Shown here: positions 45,101 to 55,902 of the stretch, one piece after another | Layout of the letters: the number at the start of each line of letters is the position of its first letter | Numbering within the stretch: position 1 is the stretch's first letter | Assembly (NCBI RefSeq): GCF_001194135.2 | Contig: NC_068998.1 | Location: forward strand, 55,106,035 to 55,161,936 | Direction: 5' to 3' | From: Octopus bimaculoides | Lineage: Eukaryota | DNA length: 55,902 nt | Notes under the pieces: generated by a model | What the model was told of the DNA's origin: nothing | Databases searched by the model: none | The model's input: the letters and a program-made list of their open reading frames with translations, nothing else | Program-made: the position numbers and the translations under genes

Positions 45101-48100
45101 AAAGGAGAAAAAAACCCAGATAATGTAGTTCCTGTACTTCTCAAAATGGATTACTCAGTGTGGGCTTAATCAGGATTACCTGGGGTTAAACAGTCTGCTA
45201 TGTATGGACTTGTGGCGAAATCAGCAGGGTTGCTTTCAATTTGTTTATTTGATTAAATCAATTTGATCTGCCTTAAAAGACTGGCATGAATTGATTTAAT
45301 GAAATCTCTTGTGCTTGCCTATGTTAACATGATTCTATGGCAATGTAGAACAGAAAGAGACTTCCTTAGTTTTGCTAGAGAAAGGATAAAATGCATCTCA
45401 TACTCTGTAAAGGGATTGGTTTTAAGGTCATCACGCCATACAAGATGTGATCCTCCAACTGCATCTAGTTGAGTAAAACTCTGAAGAAGGGGAATTGGCT
45501 GGGTTCATGCTAATCTAGCCACGTGACAGCATGGGAGAGTAGGCGTGTGATGATTATGGCTGTTCATTCAGTGTGGGGAAATTCTGTGCATTTCTCTTGT
45601 CACCCAATGATTACAAACTAAAGACAATTTCTTCTGTTAAAGGACGTGAATAAACGACCTAAAATGTCTTTGTCTTGTAGGAATCTTAAAGATCCTAGAA
45701 GAATCGGTTTTCTTGAGTCTCCTCTCTCGTTTACAATTCAGTAATGTAACAATAAAAACTCTACAATACAAACCATTCACTAATGAAGAGTTGTTAAGCC
45801 TGGTGCCAGCCGTCATTGAGCAGACCTATGATGATATACTTCCCAGCCAGGACCTACCCCAACTCGTAGTTGGCTAAGTGCATCTGGGACTACATTCTCA
45901 AATGCATCCTTTATTTCTAGGCAACTGGTTCATGATTAACTGAAATTTATTACAGCTTCAATGACTTAAACTGATTCACCCAGGTAACTATTTAAGCGAG
46001 ATGAACCGTCATTGAGGAGAGTTAAATTTGGAGTCTTGTACTAATTGAAGGTACAGATGTCCCCGTTTTTGTTGGTGCATCATTTTATTAACGATTAGAA
46101 TTGCTTTAGAAATGTGAAGGGTAAGATGCTAGATTTCACACTAACTTCGTTGCAAGAAGAATTAACGTTTTATGAACTTCACTGGTAAATTATTCCACAC
46201 AGTTTCATTAATTTATTTTTTAAACGGCTCTCTAGGAAACGGTATTAAGCAGCTCATTTCGTTATGATCCTTTTATCTAAGACTTTGGTTTTAAATACGA
46301 GTAAAAATTAAAAACCTGAACAAAACTACAATGTGACAAGTGATGATGTTGTATTTCAGTTAACTCGATGCTTTAAATACTGTTACGAAAGGAAAGGTTG
46401 ACCACACTTTAATAGTGGAATGGAATGTCAAACGATTCCGGTAGACATGGGTTTAAAATCTTTCGAGAAGCGTTAAATAGCAATACGCTGACTGTTTTAT
46501 TCAGTCGGCAAGTTTCGTGATAGTACAGCACGACAGCCCAGGGTCATGAGGTTAAAGGTAGCTGTTTAATAAATGGAAAGGTTGCGAGCAGGGGAGACAA
46601 TTATGGTGTGACTAAGATACTTGGGGTTTTTGTTGATGGCAAGTTAGGGTTAGCTCCCATGAAAGAACTGTTTTGTTGACATAAGGTTATATCAAGACTA
46701 GAAACTATATTTTAGAAAGACATTAAAAAATCTTTTTAGTATCCAGAAGCCTTTTAAAACATTGAAATTACCAAATTTGAATATAATGTTTGTGGAGTGA
46801 TTCATCCACTAAAATGAAAAATAAATTAATCATTGTGATATTAAATATTGTCAATCAATGAAATTTAAGATTGTTTTATGCAAGTTTTTAAAAATGAATA
46901 GCCAAACTTCCATGTTCCAAAACAGGTTGAGGTTGAAGCGTCTGTATACTTGCCATGCTTGAAGTCTGATAAAATGTTTTGTGCTGCTGGGAATATTATG
47001 TTTCAGGTGTTGAGTGACTGAAAGACACAATCACATGACACTGTCGGTTCTGGTCCAGTGGACATCATCAAAGCCATTCCAATTGCGATCATATCATTTT
47101 TGCATATCAAGAATTCCATGGCTGATTGGGTTAATCCTTTTGTAACATGGATTTGGCTGCTATTTCAGGTCAAGCAATCATAGTGAGGCAGCCTCTTTGG
47201 TTTGTCATCATTTAACATCCGTTTTCTATGCTGGCATGGGTTGGACAGTTTTATAGGGCCCAACGAACTACATCAGGCCCCAATGTCTGCTTTAACATGC
47301 TGTATAAGGTTGGATGACCTCCCTAATGGCACCAACTTTACAGTGTGTATTGGGTACTTTTTTCAAGACTGAACAATGAGATTGGCAAGTAACATTCAAA
47401 ACAAAGGCAAGAAAGGGAAAATCCCTCCCATCTAAGTGTGTCTGAGATAGGAGGAGGAGGTGGTGGATTTCATGTGAGGTGTTGAAGGTTAAAAAGTACG
47501 GCAGAAAGGATAACAAGCACAGATGTCTTTCTGTGAGGGAGATGCATAGCTTTCCTGCAATTATGGGAAAATGTGTGAGAGTAGCTAGCAGGGAGACCAT
47601 AAGTTAGTAAAGCATACACACAAGGTCCAAGAAGGGGAATCTAATGAATATAGACAGAGTTTCAGACAGGAAGGAAAAGGTGGGTCATTTCACTAGGATG
47701 TGGAAGGAGAATGACAAAGCAAGTTCACCTTCATCATTTGAAGCCAATTCATTTAACTTCTGGTGATCCCCGAGAGAAGCTGAACATCACACTTGCTAAC
47801 GTGTGAAAAGATGGTGCCTGCTGCCCCATAAACGAGTTGCATGAAAGAAATATGATTAATAAGGAAGGCTTTTGTCAGAAAATGTTTTACTGATGCAAAT
47901 AAACATGAAAATCAAATGAGTGAGTAAACAAATAAAAATTAATTAAGAAAATTTATATTCAGGAAAATAAATCAGATGTCAAGTATTGCAAGGTTAAACA
48001 TTGAATTGGGACAAATGTGACCAAAGATTTTCAAATTATCAGACAAAATAAATTAGTTGCTTATTATTTTGCAAAACTATGATGTTTAATGTATTTTGTT

Positions 48101-48677
48101 TAAATCAGAAAGACAAAGGAAGATAAACAGGAATTTTCTCTTTGTTATCAAAATATGGAAAAAAAAAAAAAAATTAATTTTTTTTATACAGTATGTAGGC
48201 AAATACTATTTTAAATACCTTTTAAAGTTCATTTCCCGTAAAACAGAAACAATGATCTCTCGTTTAGTGGGAGGTGTGTACAAAACTTTTATTACAAACA
48301 TTAAACGTAAAAGTTGGAGTGAAGGACAACAGTCAAGGTTTTATAAGGAAGAAATAAATCACAAAAAATGCAATTATAAAATTAAGAGCGGGTGGGGTGG
48401 GGGGTGGGGGGTGAAAGAGATATCAAACAAGTAAAGATGATTTATTTCAAAATTTGTGAACTTTTATAATTGTTCAATTGGATTATCTAAAGATGTCTAA
48501 CATGCATGGCTGATCCAGCAAAATTTCAAAAGCATTGTTATCAACCCTGCATAAAACAGATTTAAGGATTAGTTATGGCCGATTGAATGAACTTCTTGGA
48601 AGATGCAATACATACACATCTTCATTAAAACTGTGTCTTATTGTAAAGAATTTTGATTTAAATAACGACAGTGCAAC

Positions 48678-48858
48678 AAAGTATAGAGCAACCTGAGCTC
48701 AGTGTGGACGTCACGGGTCCCTCAAGTACAGAGTTACCTCAGCTCACTGTGAACGTCACTGGTCCTTAAAGTATAGAGCTACTTGAGCACACTAGGTACG
48801 TCACTGGTCCCTAAAGTATAGAGCTACCTTTAGTTCACTGTGTATGTCACTGGTCCCT
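48678..48858 (+). repeat. 45-bp minisatellite, four units
   Basis: Units start at 48678, 48723, 48768 and 48813; approximate consensus aaagtatagagctacctgagctcactgtgaacgtcactggtccct. Confidence 0.9.
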
Positions 48859-50561
48859 GGCTATTGTATTATGGACCCCTTAAATTGCTATTTTACTCGA
48901 ATATACCATCATAACCATTGCATGTTTAAATAATCCTATTTTTATAATTAATTTAAAAAGCATTTCGTGTATTTATTGCAAATAAATTTTAACAAAATCT
49001 TATGTGGGCCCCTGAGAGTCATGTACCCCCCAGTTGAGGACCATTGGTGTTCCTAAATATTTATTTATTTACCCATATAAATACACTGAAAGAAAGATAA
49101 GTACCCACATAACAACAAGCTTTAAGTATCAAGTCTTGAAATGACAGACTTTGGTAAGCAGAAAGCTAAAAATCAGCAACCTGTATGTTTTTACGCATTT
49201 TTCTCCGAATTGTTCAATTTTTAAAGAATCTTCGACCATCATCAAACGTGGAAGCATCTACAGAGTTGTCTCCCATGCTACTTAAGACCGAAGATGTTGA
49301 ATAACATTGTTTCATTTTTCTTCATTGCAAACTTAGTTACTCTTGTAAATATCAAAATGAAGCATTAGAATCCGATAAAATTCCCAGCCCAAATCGTTAA
49401 ACCTTTTATCTTGTTCTCATAAGCTTGAATCCACTTTTTGAAAAGTTTGTAATGAAGTAAATAGTTGAGGTAACCATAATACGGCGAATAATAATAATAA
49501 TAAAGTAGATTAAAGGAAAATAACTGAAGTGGACAGATGGCAGTGTTTTAGAAACTACGCGCGATTTTATTGGCATTACGATCCTCCAAAAATACAATTT
49601 TTTAAAGTATGTAAGAATCATTTAACACTACATAAAAGGAGTCAGGACAGTTGTTGAATAGTCATCACTAGGTCTGTTCCTTTACTCCTTTATGATTGTG
49701 GCAATGCTGGAGCACATACAATAAATTAGTTTAGGTCTGTGATTAATAAATTTAATGTAATGAACCTGAAAGACTTGAGACTAAACTGAAATGAATTAAG
49801 AGTGACTGATTGTTAAGAGGTTTTGAATGGCGAGGAATAGCTTCAATGTTCTGTTTCAATAATGATTGCAACAGTTTACATTTATAGAGATGATGATGAT
49901 GATAACTCTATAGATGGTCGACGTAAAGTGTGGTGTGACCATCTAATAACGACTCAGATCTGAAGGCTGGAATAATACACGTAGTGTGCCAGTGAGAAAA
50001 AGAAAGGGACACAACCGAGTAGAAGGGTTAGAGACAGATTTATTGATAAGTTAACATGTATGTGTCTGTGTGTGCGTCATGTATACACAATAATAGACAG
50101 GTCATCATAAGAACAAAGTGTGTGTGTGTATGGCATGGATGTACAAAATAACAACAATGAAGGAGAACAGTGAAAGCGCCTATAATGAGAAGTTAGACGA
50201 TGTAATAGAATGGAATTGTTCTCCGACCTACAACCAACTTTCCAACATGTATAAATACAGTACCCAAACTCAATTCGATCTCTTTCACCTCATTTGCTTG
50301 GCGCCTGCCCAGAGGAGCACTTCAGTAATGACTTGTCATCGTGGGACTATACAGCTTTCATCCTCTCTACTCAACACAGAGAGGTAAATTCTTTTATTCT
50401 TTCTCTCTCCTTCTAGAAGTCAACAAAATATGAGCTTAACTACCTACAAAATGAACTTGAGAACTAAAAATAATGTGTACAACAACTTGAAGAAATTGTA
50501 TCTTATATTATAACGACAAAGTAAAGGACATATCAGCTATTTTCTTCCTCTCATTTATCTG

Positions 50562-50602
<41 letters not shown>

Positions 50603-52280
50603 NNNNNNNNNNNNNNNNNNNNNNNNNNNNNNNNNNNNNNNNNNNNNNNNNNNNNNNNNNNNNTATACGTAACAAACCCATTGATTTCTGAGGTAGTCGT
50701 CTGCTACTGCCTGGGGTCTTGGTCAGACATGACTGGTTTAAACGACAACCACAGGTTTTACTCACCAATATGGACTGATAGTCCAAGTTAGTCAATTACA
50801 ATCAATGTTCGTTAATGGTATTGTTTCACCTAAATCAGCTCTGATCAAAAAACATTTCACTTGTGACTTTCTCGTCCTTTTGTTTTTTAAATGAGAAGCT
50901 ATATTTTTTTTACATAGTTGTTAAGAGAGTCTTAACAGTTTCAAGGGAGTTTTAACAGCTATTTCTAGCTGGTCAAGCAACCACATAACAGAGTCCCTCA
51001 TTCGTTCCATGTTTTATCACACAAATACATGAGTCAACAGAATGCATAATTGAATGTGTTAATTTTCTCCCTGAGTCCCAAGTTCAATTCCTAGAGATGA
51101 CTTTACTTGCCACGCATTCCACTAGATTTAGTTAGATACCAGTAATACAGGGAGTGTGTTGATAGGGAATTGACTAACAAGTCCATGGTATAGCTTCTCA
51201 CTGGTGCTGCCCTGTTTAGGACCAAGTCATTTAAGTATCAGTGGTCCACCCCACTAGCGTAGCTCGAGTGTGTGCGGCCCTTCCGTTTGCCGCCCCCCCC
51301 CAGACCCCACAAAAAACACATATTGCCTACGGCAATAGCCCGGAGCGGACATAAAATAAATGACATAAAATAAGTTTAAATAAAACTTAAGAAAGTCAGC
51401 CTGAGGTCCTGTTTTATTCGATGTCGATGCTGTCCAACAACAATAGTGAAATGTCACTGGGTACAGTGGAGACTAGAGAGGAAGGAAGATAATGGTGATA
51501 AACAATATTACGGACGAGAGAAAGCGGTGAAGGTAAGGGGGAAAGAGAGAAAAGATGAGAGGAGAAACATATTTACGAAGGTTAAAGGTGAAAGAGACGA
51601 AGGTAAAATAGAGTGACATTAGGATAGAGTGGGAAAAAGAAATGGAGAAAATTAACCGAAGAAAGAGAGAGCGGAAGAATAAAGAAACAAAAAGAAAAAG
51701 AACAGGAATGAATAATAAAAAGAAAGAGAAAGTAAAAGTATATTTAATGAGGTGTAAGAAGGAGGGGAAAGAGGAAAAGGAGGAGAAGTAAATGAACGAA
51801 GGGGAGGGGGAAATGACGTCATTGCTGATAAACATAATCCGCAACAGGAGGGAAAAATAAGATATTGATTCCAAATAAAAGCTGCTGCTGTCTATTTTTA
51901 TATTCATGTATTAAGTTTCTTTATTTTTGTTTGCGTTACTTTTGCTTTTTTCCTTCCTTTTTCAGTGAAAAGATTTTGTTATTGTAAGACATTTAATAAT
52001 ATTTGTCGCATGCAAAAATGCAAATGAGCTGCTGACTAATTTATTTTAACCTACGGAATCTAATTACATAGTATCAAACGAAATTTGATCGGGATTGATA
52101 AAATGTTATTACCAGGGAACCAGTCTAAAGACTTCGTCTTCGGTGACACAACCACTATATACATACATAATTTTGTGTTTGTTTGTGTGTGTGTGTGTGC
52201 GCACTATATTAATCACAAGACATTTATTTAACAGATCTATATGCAATCGACTGTCCCGACCAAGTATATTTATATGATAT

Positions 52281-52350
52281 GGTACTACTAAAGCAGCACG
52301 GACCCGAACGCGCAGTCGCGCGTCCGGGACCGTGCTGCTTTAGTAGTACC
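52281..52350. mobile_element. 70-bp palindromic MITE with 21-bp perfect TIRs and a 9-bp target-site duplication
   Basis: GGTACTACTAAAGCAGCACGG ... CCGTGCTGCTTTAGTAGTACC, flanked by ATATGATAT at both 52272-52280 and 52351-52359. Confidence 0.8.
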
Positions 52351-52897
52351 ATATGATATATTAATAAATATACTACTAGTAGTTACCGCGTCGATGCTAA
52401 GTGAATTAGCGCAGGATTTGAACTCACAATTATAACGTTCTAAACTAGCTACAGTTAAATATCATAATATCCGACCGTTTGTATAAAATCCCAACACACA
52501 CACACTCATGAATCCATTAGACTGTGAATAAATTACATTAAAACGATGTTGAAAGTCTCTTGTTGGTCTTGGAAAATTGAGTGGCGCAAAATGAAGGGAT
52601 TTTTCTTCCCCCCCCCCAAACCCCCAGATAAAATCACAAAGTCTGTACGAGTTTATCCGTGGAAAGATGCGTTCTTTTGCATAAGTTTAGAGACTTGGGT
52701 GCAAAATTGTGCTTTACACATTGGAAGATACATACACGCACACATATACATACATACATACATACAAACAAAAATAACCCTGTTGTTGATGTTGAAATTC
52801 AAAATAAGGAGCCTTGGATGTAGGCTAGAGACTGACTCTTTCTCTATTGGCAAGAAATCTTGAAATAAAACTGACTAATGACACGTGCGCGCGCGCG

Positions 52898-53060
52898 TAC
52901 GACGGGCTTCTTTCAGTTTCCGTCTGCCAAATCTATTGACAAACTTTTGGTTGACTCGAGGCTATAGTAGAAGACTCTTGACCAAGGTACCATGCAGTGG
53001 GACAGAACCCAAAACCATATGGCTGGGAAGCAAACATCTTATCGCGCAGTCACATATGCA
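52898..53060 (-). mobile_element. tRNA-head-like SINE family copy
   Basis: Contains tacgacgggcttctttcagtttccgtctgccaaatc and gaggctatagtagaagac; same family as 20352-20512. Confidence 0.75.
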
Positions 53061-54371
53061 TACATACAAGCATATATATATACATGCGTACATAAAAACA
53101 CATACAAACACACACACACATACATAGATTCACATTTATACATCCAGGTGACTACGTTCGTTTTTAGCTCTACCTTCGTTTCTTCTTCAAACTCAAGTGC
53201 GGGTGGGGGGAGGCATTTGGGGGGGGATGTGTTTCTCAGTAACAATAAACTTCATTTAAATGGCTCTGAGGAAGCTGTAAGATACCACGCAACCACTCAG
53301 CTCTGACCGCAAGGCTTCATTTAACAGAAACAGCTGTAAGCTAATGAAGTTGTTTACGTAATTGATGTTCTCTTGTCATTCTTTAATTGATATTATGCTC
53401 TGTACTCTCCTGACTCTTAGCTCTGAAGCAGAAGTATATTGAGCTCTGGTAAGTGGTTATTAAGAAAAGATCCAGTATCGCTATGTCTAAGCGAATTCGT
53501 CTGTGTGAGTGTGTATGGGGGGGGGGAATAGATAGATAGATAGATGGATGGATGGATGGATGGAATCACACGCGTGTACACGTACATCGATTTATTGTCG
53601 TGCTAAGGTCAATGTGTGTAGTAACAGAGCGTGGTTTTAACAACAATAAATATTTACACTCATTTTCTGTAGTAAGTAGTTCTCTTCTTAACTGTACTAC
53701 ATACATACATACATACATGTATATATGTATATACGCGCGCGCGCACAGAGATAAGGATATGAATAGGTGTGTGTATGTGTGTGTGTGCATGAATGTAGTC
53801 TGTGTAGTAGCATTAAAATTGATTTTGAAGCAACAAAACCATAGGCATAAAGTGGCATTGAATAATTAATATAGTTTATAAGAGAGAGGGAGAAGAAGAG
53901 ATGGAGATAGACAGACAGAGAAGGCGAAGAGGGCGAGAGAAAGCTGAAGGAAGAGGAAGAGAGAGAAGCGTAAAGCGGAGCGAGGAGAGATAGAAAAAAG
54001 GGGAAGGGTATGAGTTATAGTTTCACCATTGTTGAGTGTGAGTGTAAGTGTGAGGGTGTTGAAGAGAGTTGGACTACTGGAATGGTGGCTGTGTGTAGTC
54101 GACACAGCTGGCAGCTTCTATTGACAACACTCCTCACCTGTCATCAACGATTCTCAGGTAAAATGAGAGAGGATCTATCACCGTTCCAGAGTCGACGATA
54201 CGGTAAATGACCTCTCGTATATGTATATATGTGTGTGTATATATATTACATGTGATGTGTATATTTGATGGTACATGTGGGTTTGTGTGATGAAAGTATA
54301 TTGATGAACTTTACCATGGATGATGAAATACGCACAATAGGCAAATAACGCTGTGCTTATATATATCATAT

Positions 54372-54403
<32 letters not shown>

Positions 54404-55902
54404 NNNNNNNNNNNNNNNNNNNNNNNNNNNNNNNNNNNNNNNNNNNNNNNNNNNNNNNNNNNNNNNNNNNNNNNNNNNNNNNNNNNNNNNNNNNNNNNNN
54501 NNNNNNNNNNNNNNNNNNNNNNNNNNNNNNNNNNNNNNNNNNNNNNNNNNNNNNNNNNNNNNNNNNNNNNNNNNNNNNNNNNNNNNNNNNNNNNNNNNNN
54601 NNNNNNNNNNNNNNNNNNNTATATATATTATATATATATATATATATATGATATATGATATATTACTTAGATGACTATTTTCTAGATGTGTGTTTGTGTA
54701 TCCTTATCCATATCCTTATCTATTCATATGTATTATACATCTATATTGAGCCACATTGTGTGTGTGTGTGTGTGTGTGTGCAATATACTGTTTATGAGAG
54801 TTCAGTCATTTACGGGTGATGTATGTGTGTACTTGGCATTTTCAACTCCCAGTAAGTGTGTGTGTGTACACTTATACTTTACATTAGCAGTGGAAACAGC
54901 TAATTTAATTTTAAAATACAATAGGTAAACATGTCGGTAAATACACAGAGAAATACTGTATATGTGTGTGTATGTATGTATGTATGCATTTATGTATGTA
55001 TGTATATGGACACATCTATGTATATCTGTATGTGGGTGTGGATGCATGATGTATGCGTATGTGTGTGTGGTGATGAAGAATTTAATTTTGTGTTAGAAAA
55101 ATTACCCACAGAAAGGACGTCTGTGGACATATTAATTCCTGGGTATTTTGAAACTCTAGACACCCGTTTAAAAGATCGTAAGAAACTGAATTCTAGTTCT
55201 ATAGACCTTTATTGTCAATAGGAAATAGAGTTGGGAATTGTCATTGAAGAGATCGTCGTTCATGTAGTTTCAAATGCCGAATAATTGGGTCCCACCTTTC
55301 AGATAAATGAATTTGTCGAATCACATGGGATTAGTTTAAAGGTTTGATTTCCTTTATCTTTGTTTGGAGTGTTTTATAGTAGAATCAGAAAAACAGGGAA
55401 ACGGTCTAAGGAAAGCTGATACTTTAATAAAATAATTGCCTGAACTAATTGTGGAGCTGAAGGGCGTGGTTCGCTAGAATTGAGGTTGTCAGACTCTTAT
55501 TTCAAATACATCGTTGTGCCACATAAACTACGATTAAAAGCCTCTCCAAAAAGAATTCTTAGAAATCATTCTTTTTTCCAAAGGATTAGTCGTTGGTGAA
55601 AGTACTTTTTTTACCAAGTAAAATGCAATAAATGAAACTGAGCCATTGGGTTACCGAATGATCTTCGGTTTTGTAAGTATTTATATATTTATCTTTATAT
55701 TTTTTATCGTATAAAACGGGAAAATAGAAGAAGGGAGCATTAATATGGAACGATGGAGGCCACAATAATGTTTATTCGATTGGAATAAGATCTGTGATGA
55801 TTGGTTTCTGTATTATTAATATTCGTCTTTACAACTAGAATTCACAAATTTGACAAAAGCATTTTAAAAAACTGATTCTCAAACGTTGGGCCGCAGCTTT
55901 AT

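Noticed and set aside
48678-48858. CRISPR-like repeat array
   Set aside because: Eukaryotic context, and the whole 45-bp unit repeats without unique spacers, so it is a minisatellite.
50118-50387. 89-codon ORF ending at a donor-like AG|gtaaat
   Set aside because: No recognisable homology or convincing acceptor; it starts in a (GT)n tract. RNA-seq would be needed.

Overview
This is AT-rich eukaryotic genomic DNA with assembly gaps, most likely from an octopus or other cephalopod. That assignment is inferred from the protein sequence and the repeat landscape. The window holds coding exons 2-8 of a plus-strand G-protein alpha-q gene (11873-36595); exon 1 lies upstream of the window. Exons 2-6 have the same lengths as the vertebrate GNAQ exons (185, 155, 129, 130, 154 nt), and the P-loop, Switch I Arg, DVGGQ, NKKD and TCAT motifs are intact. 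The main result is that the 108-nt exon encoding alpha4-beta6-TCAT is tandemly duplicated (30365-30472 and 30529-30636). The two copies share their splice signals, are separated by only 56 nt and match at 19 of 36 residues. This is the layout of mutually exclusive exons, giving a canonical Gq and a divergent, probably visual, Gq from one gene. The rest is intronic or intergenic DNA with SINE families, decayed LINEs (R4/Dong-like, RTE-like), two mariner relics, a 70-bp palindromic MITE with a 9-bp target-site duplication, mini- and microsatellites. Almost all ORFs in the supplied track are artefacts of low-complexity sequence or repeats.
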